A stretch of DNA of 64,000 nt. Origin: Anaerolineae bacterium. Its GTDB lineage: Bacteria; Chloroflexota; Anaerolineae; Epilineales; JAHCIE01. Positions within the stretch are counted from its first letter, which is position 1; each line of letters opens with the position of its first letter. The notes below the pieces were generated by a model that saw only the letters and a list, made by a program, of their open reading frames with translations, was not told where the DNA came from and ran no database searches. Shown one piece after another: positions 39,095 through 47,543 of the stretch. Where the stretch lies: assembly GCA_034431435.1 (NCBI GenBank), contig DAOUDG010000084.1, positions 78,591-142,590 on the forward strand. The letters are read 5' to 3'. The position numbers were made by a program, and so were the translations under genes.

Positions 39095-40615
39095 ATGGCT
39101 GAGCCTACCGTCGCCGTTGGCCTCCTGACCTACAATGGCCGTGCCTTCGTCGAGGCCTGTCTGGCGTCCGTGCTGGCGCAGAGTCCCTCTGCTGACGAGT
39201 TCCTGGTAGTCGACAACGCCTCCACTGACGCAACCCCTGATGTGATCGCCGCTCGCTATCCCCAGGTTCCCCTTGTCCGGAACGACACCAACGTCGGTGT
39301 GGCGCTGGGCCTCAACCAGTTGGTGGCCGCGACGACGGCCCCCGTCGTCGTTCTCCTGAACCAGGATGTCGAACTGCGACTCGGCGCCCTGGCCGCCATC
39401 AGCGACGCCTTCGCCGACCCCCAGGTGGGTGTCGTCGGCATCAAGCTGCTCTACCCGGACGGGCGGACGATGCAACATGCCGGTGGCTGGCTAGAGTGGC
39501 CCCTATACCTGGCTCAACATTACGGCTACGGCCAGCCGGACGATGGTCGCTGGGATACGCCGGCCGAAGTCGATGTGGTCACGGGAGCTGTCTTCGCCGT
39601 CCGCCGCGTGGCATGGGATGCCCTGGGCGGCATGTCCGACCTGTTCTCACCGGCCTACTTCGAGGAGACCGACTTCTGCCTGCGGGCGCGGGGAGCAGGC
39701 TGGAAGGTTGTCTATGCCCCGGCCGCCATCGCGCTGCACCACGAGTCCACTACCCTGGGGCGGGGCAGCCGTCGCTACCTGGACCTCTATCACAACCATC
39801 GGTTGCGCCTGGCGCTCCGCCACGGTTCCATCGACCACCTGCTGACCTATTTCGCCCGCGCCGAGGCGCGCCGCACGGCCCACCTGCGGCAGCTGCCCGA
39901 GGCCGCCGACGAGGTGGCCGCGCTGACGGCTGCCTACGCCGACGCGCGTCGCCAGTGGCCGATCCTGGCGGCCACGCGCGGCGATGCGCCCCTGTCGCCC
40001 GGCGCCATGTGGGCCATCGATGAGATGCTGACCGCGCTGCACGGCCTGGCCGAGACCTGTGGCGACGCCGACGGCTGGAAGCGGCTGGTGTTGCCGTCAA
40101 CGGCTCTGCTGCGCACGCGGGATGCCATCCTCGCCAGTGATCCGACGCACGCGCGGGGGGAACTGCGGCCCAACGCGGCCGCGACGCAGGCGGCGCTGGC
40201 GGCGTTGGCTGCCGCTCAGACCGTCCACGAGCAGCCCTTCCGGTCGGATGCCCCGCTGGTGGGGCCGCAGATTGCCCGGATGCGGGACAGCTGGAACTCG
40301 GTGTCAACCAAGTGGTACGTCCGCCCGCTACTAGAGCAACAGAATCGCTTCAACGCGGCCGTCACCGCCGCGCTTCGCGCGCTGACCGAGGAGGTCGAGG
40401 GCCGCGACGGCCTGGAAATCAGCCTCTCGGCCGCGCTGCGCGAGATGCTGGCAGTCATGGAGGAGATGCGCACGGCCCAGGAGGCGCTGCGCTTCGACCT
40501 CGACGCGCTTCACGCGCGCGAGGATGCCCGCTACGCCGAACTGTCGGCGCGCCTCGATGCCCTTGCCGGGCAGCCACCGACCACCGACGACGACTCGGTC
40601 ATCCCGAATCCCTAG
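39095..40615 (+). CDS. GT2 family glycosyltransferase fused to C-terminal conserved-motif + coiled-coil module (copy 2 of 3)
   Basis: GT-A N-terminus (VAVGLLTYNGRAFVEACLASVLAQ...VVDNASTD...DVELR). C-terminal region repeats EQPFRSDAPLVGPQIARMRDSWNSVSTKWYVRPLLEQQNRFN, followed by a coiled coil. Confidence 0.8.
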   Translation: MAEPTVAVGLLTYNGRAFVEACLASVLAQSPSADEFLVVDNASTDATPDVIAARYPQVPLVRNDTNVGVALGLNQLVAATTAPVVVLLNQDVELRLGALAAISDAFADPQVGVVGIKLLYPDGRTMQHAGGWLEWPLYLAQHYGYGQPDDGRWDTPAEVDVVTGAVFAVRRVAWDALGGMSDLFSPAYFEETDFCLRARGAGWKVVYAPAAIALHHESTTLGRGSRRYLDLYHNHRLRLALRHGSIDHLLTYFARAEARRTAHLRQLPEAADEVAALTAAYADARRQWPILAATRGDAPLSPGAMWAIDEMLTALHGLAETCGDADGWKRLVLPSTALLRTRDAILASDPTHARGELRPNAAATQAALAALAAAQTVHEQPFRSDAPLVGPQIARMRDSWNSVSTKWYVRPLLEQQNRFNAAVTAALRALTEEVEGRDGLEISLSAALREMLAVMEEMRTAQEALRFDLDALHAREDARYAELSARLDALAGQPPTTDDDSVIPNP

Positions 40616-40632
40616 TCTCCAATCGCTCATCA
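40590..40632. repeat. Intergenic copy of the CCGAATC...CTCCAATC repeat family
   Basis: tcatcccgaatccctagtctccaatcgctcatc between the GT2 fusion and the next GT4 gene. Related to the 23538-23612 repeat. Confidence 0.4.
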
Positions 40633-40639
40633 CCTGCCC

Positions 40640-42007
40640 ATGTCCGACCCTTCCTTTCGCCATCGCCTACGCCGCCTGCGCGCCGCCTGGCGCGACACCA
40701 CACCCGCCGCGGAGACCGATGCGCGGGCTACCCAGGCCGACTTGCGCGCAGCCGAGCACGCGCTCCTCGCCGTCCAACGCCAGATCGCCACGCTGACGGC
40801 GCGTGTCGCGGCCCTCGAGGACGGCATCAACGCCCTGCGGCGGACCCACGTGCGGCCGCGCGTGGCGTTCTTCAGCCCCCTCACGCCCCAGGCCAGCGGC
40901 ATCGCTGCCTACAGCGAGGCGCTGCTGCCCGCCCTGGCCGCCCTGGCCGACGTGGACGTCTACGTAAGTGACGTGACGCCCACGTCGCCCGCGCTGACGT
41001 CCCTGCCCGTCTTCGACTATCGCGCCTATCCCGCCCGCCGCCGGGCGCAGGCCTACGACGCGACCTTCTACCAGATGGGCAACGACGTTCGCTATCATCG
41101 CTTTATCTACGCTACCCTGGCCCGCTACCCAGGGGTGGTGGTTCTGCACGAGTTCCTGCTGCACCACTTTATGGCGGGCTATACCCTGGACCACGGGCAG
41201 CGCGTCGACTATCCGTGGGAGGTGGGCTACGCCGCTGGGCAGGACGCTCTGGCCGTCGCTCGCGCCGCTGAACGGGGCGAGCGCGAGCTGCCCTTCTTCG
41301 ACTATCCCCTGGTGGAGCACGTATTGGACCTGAGCCAGGGGGCGTTGTGCCACAGCCACTACGTCCGCGATTCCGTCGCCGCCACCCGCCCTGATCTGCC
41401 CGTCGCGGTCGTGGCTCACCCGACAACCGTCACCGCGGCCGCGCGCCCGCTGGTCGCCGACCATCCCTTCACGGTCATCACCGCTGGCTACCTCACGCCG
41501 GCCAAGGGCCTGCTGCCTGCCCTGGAGGGCTTCGCCGAGTTCGCCCGCGCCGTGCCTGGGGCGCGCTACGTGCTGGTGGGGGCAGTCGAGCCGGAGTTCG
41601 ACCTGGCGGCCTGGATTCGCGACAGTGGCGTCGCCGACCGCGTCGAGCTACGCGGCTACGCGCCGACCCTGGAGGGCTTCGACGCTCAGGTGGCCGAGGC
41701 GGACGTCTGTCTCAACCTGCGCTACCCGACCGGCGGCGAGACATCCGGTAGCCTGCTGCGGGTGCTGGGGGTGGGGGTGCCGGCCGTCGTTACCGATAGC
41801 GGCTGGTTCAGCGAGGTTCCCGATACCGTCGTCGTCAAGATAGCCGCGCCGCCGACGCGGGACGCCGTCGCGGGCGCGCTGCGCGCTCTGGCGAATCCTG
41901 ACCGCCGCGCCGCCATGTCGACCGCCGCCCGGCAGTGGGTGGCGGAGGCTCACAACCCGGCTCGCACCGCCCAGGGCTACCTGGACTTCGTCGCCGCCCT
42001 CACGTAA
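40640..42007 (+). CDS. GT4 family glycosyltransferase with N-terminal coiled-coil segment
   Basis: N-terminal about 60 aa heptad-like (ADLRAAEHALLAVQRQIATLTARVAALEDGINALRR), then a GT-B fold (VAFFSPLTPQASGIAAYSEALL...). Confidence 0.8.
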   Translation: MSDPSFRHRLRRLRAAWRDTTPAAETDARATQADLRAAEHALLAVQRQIATLTARVAALEDGINALRRTHVRPRVAFFSPLTPQASGIAAYSEALLPALAALADVDVYVSDVTPTSPALTSLPVFDYRAYPARRRAQAYDATFYQMGNDVRYHRFIYATLARYPGVVVLHEFLLHHFMAGYTLDHGQRVDYPWEVGYAAGQDALAVARAAERGERELPFFDYPLVEHVLDLSQGALCHSHYVRDSVAATRPDLPVAVVAHPTTVTAAARPLVADHPFTVITAGYLTPAKGLLPALEGFAEFARAVPGARYVLVGAVEPEFDLAAWIRDSGVADRVELRGYAPTLEGFDAQVAEADVCLNLRYPTGGETSGSLLRVLGVGVPAVVTDSGWFSEVPDTVVVKIAAPPTRDAVAGALRALANPDRRAAMSTAARQWVAEAHNPARTAQGYLDFVAALT

Positions 42008-42050
42008 CCTGGCGCGCGGCCCCTTAGCGCGCCGCAGCGGCTGCCACATC

Positions 42051-43355
42051 ATGCGTATCCTGCACATCATCCAGCGTTACTGGCCCGCCGTGGGCGGAGC
42101 CGAGCGCCATCTGCACGAAATCAATCGGCGGCTCGTCGCCGACGGCCACTCCGTCACCGTCTTCACCACCGACGCCGACGACTTCGCGGCCTTCTGGGAT
42201 CCGCGCAAGCCGCGCCTCGCCACCCGCCGCGACCTTCACGACGGCGTGGTTATTCGCCGCTTCCCCCTGCGTCACCTGCCGGCCGCCCCGTTCACCTACC
42301 CCGCCGTCCGCCGCCTCATGGCGACCCTGTCCGACCTGCCTCTGGACACGACCTCGGCCCTGACCGCCATCGGCCGCTTCACACCCTGGGCGCCCGAACT
42401 GGCCGCCGAGCTGGCTGTCGCCGCGCCGGCCTGGGACGTGGCGGGCGGCATGACCGTCACCTACGACAGCCTGTTGTGGCCCGCGGCGCGCTGGGCGGCG
42501 CGCTGGCGCCGCCCCTGGCTCTTCTATCCGCTGACCCATCTCGGCGAGGGGCCAGGCTCGACCATGCGCCGCTACTACACGATGCGCCACCAACTGGAAC
42601 TGAGCCGCCGCGCCGCGACGGTCTTCGCCCAGACCGAGACGGAGAGCCGCTTCCTGGCCGGCCAGGGCGTCGACCCCGACCGCCTCGTCGTCGCCGGGGT
42701 GGGCATCAACCCGGCCGAGTATGTCGGCGGCGACGCCGCGCGGGGCCGCGCCCGGCTGGGACTCGCGCCGGGGACGCCCCTGGCGCTATCCCTCGGCACG
42801 GCCAGCCGCGACAAAGGCAGCCTCACGACCCTGGCCGCGCTGCGGCGGCTGTGGGCGGCGGGCCACCCGGCCCACTGGGTCGTGGCGGGCGCGGCGCAGG
42901 ACGATTTCACCCGCGCCCTCGACCGCCTGCCGCCCGTCTACCGTAGTCGAGTTCACGTCCTGGGCCGGGTGGACGAGGCGGCGAAGCAGGACTGGTTGGC
43001 CGCCGCCGATGTCCTGGCCATGCCCTCGCGCGCCGACTCCTTTGGCATTGCCTACCTGGAGGCCTGGGCCTACGGCCGACCGGTCATCGGCGCGCGCGTC
43101 GGCGGCATCCAGGATGTGATTCAGGCTGGCGACGATGGCCTGCTGGTCGCCTTCGGCGATAGCGGCGCTCTGGCGGTGGCTCTGGCGACGCTGCTCGACG
43201 ACCCGGCCAGGGCGCGGACGATGGGGGCGCGGGGGCGGGCGAAGGTGATGGCTCGCTACACCTGGGACGCCGTGTATGCTCGCGTGCGCCCGGCCTACGC
43301 GGCAGCGGGCCGAGATTGGCCCCCCGCGAGCGGCGGGACTACAATACGCGCATGA
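42051..43355 (+). CDS. GT4 family glycosyltransferase
   Basis: MRILHIIQRYWPAVGGAERHLHEINRRLVADGHSVTVFT...; C-terminus ADSFGIAYLEAWAYGRPVIGARVGGIQDVI. Confidence 0.85.
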   Translation: MRILHIIQRYWPAVGGAERHLHEINRRLVADGHSVTVFTTDADDFAAFWDPRKPRLATRRDLHDGVVIRRFPLRHLPAAPFTYPAVRRLMATLSDLPLDTTSALTAIGRFTPWAPELAAELAVAAPAWDVAGGMTVTYDSLLWPAARWAARWRRPWLFYPLTHLGEGPGSTMRRYYTMRHQLELSRRAATVFAQTETESRFLAGQGVDPDRLVVAGVGINPAEYVGGDAARGRARLGLAPGTPLALSLGTASRDKGSLTTLAALRRLWAAGHPAHWVVAGAAQDDFTRALDRLPPVYRSRVHVLGRVDEAAKQDWLAAADVLAMPSRADSFGIAYLEAWAYGRPVIGARVGGIQDVIQAGDDGLLVAFGDSGALAVALATLLDDPARARTMGARGRAKVMARYTWDAVYARVRPAYAAAGRDWPPASGGTTIRA

Positions 43356-43831
43356 GTGAACGACGTGTGAACGGCGCGGCCGATGCGCGGCCTGCGTCGA
43401 CCGAGCGCCAGGCGCGGGCCGAAGCGGCGCTCCGCGACGCCCTCGCCGCCCGCCGCCGGGCCGTTGCGCCGCCCGGTTGGGACGACGCCGCCTTGAATCG
43501 CGGCGCGGTACGCATGGAAGCCGCAGCCAACGTCAACCCGCATCAGCCGATTGCCTGGCCCACCTGGCCGCCGGGTCTCGTCCCCAAACTGACGGCGGCG
43601 GCGCAGAAGACGCTGCGGCGCGGCCTGCGCTGGTACATCGACCCTATCGTCGCCCAACAGAACGACTTCAACCGCGCCAGCGCCGACACGGCCCAGGAGA
43701 TGCGCGAGTTGCTGCGCGCCCTGGCCGTGGAGAATGCGCGCCTGACGCGGCGGCTCGCCGAGGTCGAGGCGCGCCTGGCCGACCTGGAGAGCGAGGTCGC
43801 GCCACCTGTCCCCCCCCCAACCCCGCTATGA
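43352..43831 (+). CDS. Hypothetical protein with degenerate copy of the conserved motif + coiled coil (copy 3 of 3)
   Basis: ATGA overlap with the preceding stop. PGLVPKLTAAAQKTLRRGLRWYIDPIVAQQNDFN, then a coiled coil (MRELLRALAVENARLTRRLAEVEARLADLESE). Confidence 0.5.
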   Translation: MSERRVNGAADARPASTERQARAEAALRDALAARRRAVAPPGWDDAALNRGAVRMEAAANVNPHQPIAWPTWPPGLVPKLTAAAQKTLRRGLRWYIDPIVAQQNDFNRASADTAQEMRELLRALAVENARLTRRLAEVEARLADLESEVAPPVPPPTPL

Positions 43832-44880
43832 AACACATTATCGTCTGCAACGCCCAGGTTCCGTTCCATCAAGGCGGGGCCGAAATTCATGCCGACGGCC
43901 TGGTGCACGCCCTGCGCGCGCACGGCCACGCTGTGGAGCAGGTCAACCTGCCCTTTGCCGACTACCCACGCGCCGAGATCCTCAAGGGCGCGCTGGCCTG
44001 GCGACTGTTGAGCCTCGAAACCATCATGGGTAGCTCCGACAGGGTAGACGCGGTCATCTGCCTCAAGTACCCGTCCTACGTCGCCCAGCATCCCCACAAG
44101 ATCGTGTGGCTCATCCATCAGTACCGCGCCGCCTACGACCTGCTAGGCACAGCGTACAGCGACCTGCGTGACAGCGCCGAGGATCGCCGCGTCATCCGCA
44201 TGCTGCGCCGGATGGACAACAAAGCCCTCGGCGAGGCGAAGGCGCTGTACACCAACGCGCGCAACACAGCCCAGCGGCTGGCGCGCTACAACGGCCTGCA
44301 CGCCGCGCCCCTGTACCACCCGCCTCAGTACGTGGGCCGCTACCGCTGCGACAGCTACGGTGACTTCATTTTCACCGTATCGCGTCAAGATCCACTCAAG
44401 CGCGTCGATCTGCTCATCCGCGCCGCCGCCCTCACGCCGGCCCACATTCGGGTCGCCATTGCCGGGCGCGGCCCGCTGCTGGAAGAGCACATGGCCCTGG
44501 CGCGGGACCTCGGCATCGCCGACCGCGTCGACTTCCTCGGCTTCGTGGACGAGGAGCAGTTGCTGGACCTCTACGCCCGCTGCGCCGGCGTCTACTACGC
44601 GCCCTACGACGAGGACTACGGCTACGTCACCCTGGAAGCCTTTATGTCCGCCAAGCCCGTGCTGACGGCCACCGACTCGGGCGGGCCGCTGGAATTCGTC
44701 ACCGACGGCGAGTCCGGCGTCGTCTTCGCGCCGGACGATGTGGCCGCCCTGGCGCGCGGCATGCAGCGCCTGATAGACGACCGCCGCGCGGCCCAGCGCA
44801 TGGGCGAGGCGGGCTTCGAGCGCGTCAAGGGCATCACCTGGGACCACGTGGTCGAGACGCTAACGCGGGGCATCCCATGA
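43828..44880 (+). CDS. GT4 family glycosyltransferase
   Basis: ATGA overlap. MKHIIVCNAQVPFHQGGAEIHADGL...; C-terminal GT4 E-x7-E block (DEDYGYVTLEAFMSAKPVLTATDSGGPLEFV). Confidence 0.85.
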   Translation: MKHIIVCNAQVPFHQGGAEIHADGLVHALRAHGHAVEQVNLPFADYPRAEILKGALAWRLLSLETIMGSSDRVDAVICLKYPSYVAQHPHKIVWLIHQYRAAYDLLGTAYSDLRDSAEDRRVIRMLRRMDNKALGEAKALYTNARNTAQRLARYNGLHAAPLYHPPQYVGRYRCDSYGDFIFTVSRQDPLKRVDLLIRAAALTPAHIRVAIAGRGPLLEEHMALARDLGIADRVDFLGFVDEEQLLDLYARCAGVYYAPYDEDYGYVTLEAFMSAKPVLTATDSGGPLEFVTDGESGVVFAPDDVAALARGMQRLIDDRRAAQRMGEAGFERVKGITWDHVVETLTRGIP

Positions 44881-45071
44881 ACGACCCGCTCATTGACGCC
44901 CTGGCCGACCTGCTGGCCGCCCTCGACTTCAGCGAGGACGACGAGCCGGTCATCAGCGCCCTGGCCGCCGCCCTGGTCGATCTCGACCTGGACGCAGACG
45001 AGCCACGCGGTACGCCCGACATCGCCGCGACCGAAGGCGATTCTGCGCTGCCCCGCCCAGCGCAAGACTGA
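44877..45071 (+). CDS. Small acidic hypothetical protein (64 aa), translationally coupled to the last GT4 gene
   Basis: ATGA overlap with the upstream stop. MNDPLIDALADLLAALDFSEDDEPVISALAAALVDLDLDADEP... No known domain. Confidence 0.35.
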   Translation: MNDPLIDALADLLAALDFSEDDEPVISALAAALVDLDLDADEPRGTPDIAATEGDSALPRPAQD

Positions 45072-45120
45072 GTCGGTAATGCGCTCGCGGCGGATGTGGC
45101 CATCCGCCGCGAGCGCAGAC

Positions 45121-45699
45121 CTACCGGCCCGGCGACAGCACGGCCGCGATGCGTTTGCCCGCCGCCGAATCCTCGATGAGGGTCGCCAGCCGCCTCTGGC
45201 GCGTCTCTTCGCGCTTGGCGCTCATCACCCACCAGCTCGCGTTGCGGCGGTAGCCCGGCGGCTGCGCCTGCCAGAAGGCCCACGCCGTTGGGTTCGCCTG
45301 TAATTGCGCCTCGTAAGTCGGGTCGAGACCCTGGCTACGCTGCTCGTAGGAGTACTGCCGCGATTTCACCTCGTCGCGGGCCGCGAAGGCGGCCAGGCCG
45401 GGCGGGGCCATGCGCCCCATCGCCGTCAACTCCTCCACGCGCTGGATGTTCACGCCGCTCCAGATGCTGCCCACCCTGCGCGGCGAGAAGCGGATGGTGT
45501 AGCTCTCAGCGCCCAGACTCTTGCGCACGCCGTCAATCCAGCCGAAGGCCAGCGCCTCGTCTAGCGCCGCAGCGTAGGTGATGCCGCCCCGGCCCGACGC
45601 CTTCTTGTGGAAGCCGAGCAGCAACGCGGTCGCGGCGGCGTGATTGTCGGCGAGCCACGCCCGCCACGCCTCCCCATCGGCAAAGAACACCGGCTCCAT
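45121..45699 (-). CDS. YdeI/OmpD-associated family protein
   Basis: FADGEAWRAWLADNH...LLGFHKKASGRGGITYAAALDEALAFGWIDGVRKS...YTIRFSPRR matches the YdeI family consensus. Confidence 0.7.
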   Translation of the reverse strand: MEPVFFADGEAWRAWLADNHAAATALLLGFHKKASGRGGITYAAALDEALAFGWIDGVRKSLGAESYTIRFSPRRVGSIWSGVNIQRVEELTAMGRMAPPGLAAFAARDEVKSRQYSYEQRSQGLDPTYEAQLQANPTAWAFWQAQPPGYRRNASWWVMSAKREETRQRRLATLIEDSAAGKRIAAVLSPGR

Positions 45700-45900
45700 G
45701 CAAGCTCCAGTCTATGGCAACATCCAAGACCCTGGGACGCAGACGCACGCGGGCGGGCGCTGATAAGAGAACAGAAGGCCTTCTTCCCCCTTCGTACCTT
45801 CGTGTCAGGTGAGACCGGTATGCAACCGTGGGTCACCACCGAAGAGGGCCGGCGCGGGGCCAGGGCAGGCACGGGGGCGGGCAGGCGCGGGAGCCTGCCC

Positions 45901-46686
45901 CTACGTCAGGTCGTCGCGCTCGAAGCGTGGCGAGGGGCTGGTGGCCGTCCAGCCGCCGTCGACGATGAGGGTCTGGCCGTTGACGAAGCCCGCCGCGTCG
46001 GAGGCCAGGAACAGGGCGGCAGCGGCGATATCCTCCGGGTAGCCCGCGCGGCCGACGGGAATGGCCGTCGCCCACTTCTCGGCGTATAGCGGCTCGTCGC
46101 CCAGGTTGCGTTCGTTGACGATGGAGCCGGGGGCGATGGCGTTGATCGTAATGCCGTAGGGACTCAGCTCCAGGACGAGGTTGCGGGCCAGCATCCGCAC
46201 GCCGGCCTTGGTCATGCCGTAGGCTGAGAGATACTGAACGGCCTGCACACCGGTGACCGACGCGGTAAGTACAATCCGCCCGCCACGCCCCTGGCGAATC
46301 ATCTGGCGGGCGGCGGCCTGGGTGAGGAAGTAGGTCCCCTTGAGGTTGACGGCCACCACGCGGTCGAAGCTGGCCTCGCTGGTGTCGAGGAACGCCCCCC
46401 AGGTGGTGATGCCCGCGTTGCAGCAGCAGATGTCGAGGCTACCGAAGGCCTCGACGCAGCGCTCGACCATCGCCTGGCAATTGGCGACGGCCCCCGAGTC
46501 GCCGCCGAAGGCGACCACCCGCGCGCCCGTGTCCCGCAACCCGGCCGCGGCCTGCTCGGCCAGGTCGGCGTCGATGTCGTTGAGGAGCACCGCCGCCCCC
46601 GCCCCCGCGAAGGCGGTCGCCATCGCCAGGCCGATGCTCGCCCCTGCCCCCGTCACGAGGGCGACTTTGCCGGTCAGGTCGGTCAT
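45901..46686 (-). CDS. SDR family oxidoreductase (FabG-like)
   Basis: GKVALVTGAGASIGLA (TGxxxGxG), NAG motif, catalytic YxxxK (LSAYGMTKAG). Confidence 0.9.
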   Translation of the reverse strand: MTDLTGKVALVTGAGASIGLAMATAFAGAGAAVLLNDIDADLAEQAAAGLRDTGARVVAFGGDSGAVANCQAMVERCVEAFGSLDICCCNAGITTWGAFLDTSEASFDRVVAVNLKGTYFLTQAAARQMIRQGRGGRIVLTASVTGVQAVQYLSAYGMTKAGVRMLARNLVLELSPYGITINAIAPGSIVNERNLGDEPLYAEKWATAIPVGRAGYPEDIAAAALFLASDAAGFVNGQTLIVDGGWTATSPSPRFERDDLT

Positions 46687-47543
46687 ACGTTTTCTCTCTC
46701 CCGCGCGTAGAAAAACAGCTCGCCCGGCTGGAGCCAGTGGTACTTCTGGCGTGGGTAGCGACGGTCCATGTCCTCGGCCAGCATGGCCGGGCTGAGGCGG
46801 TTGCCCGCGAACAGGTCGTTGTGCAGCGGCAGGAACACGTCCGCGCCGACGGCCGCCACCAGGTCGGCCGCCTCCTGGGGATACAGGTTGCCGACAATGT
46901 CCTGCTGGTCGCGCCAGTAGTCGCGCCCGTTGACGGGCAGCGCGGCAATGTCCACCCGCCGGCCCTTGAGCGCGTCCAGTAGCTCCGGGACGAGCACCGT
47001 GTCGCCGGAGTGGTACAGGGTCACGCCATTGAGGTCGACCAGATACCCCAGGTAGCGATGCTGGCCCGCCGCGTCGCGCTCGACGGCGTAATGCGCGGCG
47101 GGGATGGGGATGACCGTCAGCGCGCCCAGGGTCAGCGACTGGCCCACCGGCGCGGCGTGGACCCGGTCATCGCCCACGCCCGCCGCCTTGAGAATGGCGC
47201 GGCTCCACGACGAGCCGACGAACACCGCCTGGGGTGAGGCCTTCGCCAGCGGGCCGACCGTCGCGGCGTCGGTGTGGTCCAGGTGATCGTGGGTCAGCAG
47301 CACGACGTTGGCGTTCGTGACGCGGTCGGGCGCGAGGGGCGGCGGGAACATGCGCCTGAAGGGTTCGGGCGGCGCGCCAGCAGGGTTGGCCTCGCCGGTC
47401 AGGTACGGGTCGATGTAGACGACCGTGTCGCCGCCCTTCAGGATCAGGCCCGCCTGGCCGAGGAACCACACGGCCAGGGCGTCGGGCGGGACAGGCAGCC
47501 GGTCAACCTGATGCAGGAGAGCGGGGCCGGTTGGCATGGGCAA
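46683..47543 (-). CDS. MBL-fold metallo-hydrolase
   Basis: LLTHDHLDHTD (HxHxDH) and downstream His/Asp ligands. Stop overlaps the next gene's start. Confidence 0.8.
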   Translation of the reverse strand: MPMPTGPALLHQVDRLPVPPDALAVWFLGQAGLILKGGDTVVYIDPYLTGEANPAGAPPEPFRRMFPPPLAPDRVTNANVVLLTHDHLDHTDAATVGPLAKASPQAVFVGSSWSRAILKAAGVGDDRVHAAPVGQSLTLGALTVIPIPAAHYAVERDAAGQHRYLGYLVDLNGVTLYHSGDTVLVPELLDALKGRRVDIAALPVNGRDYWRDQQDIVGNLYPQEAADLVAAVGADVFLPLHNDLFAGNRLSPAMLAEDMDRRYPRQKYHWLQPGELFFYARERENV

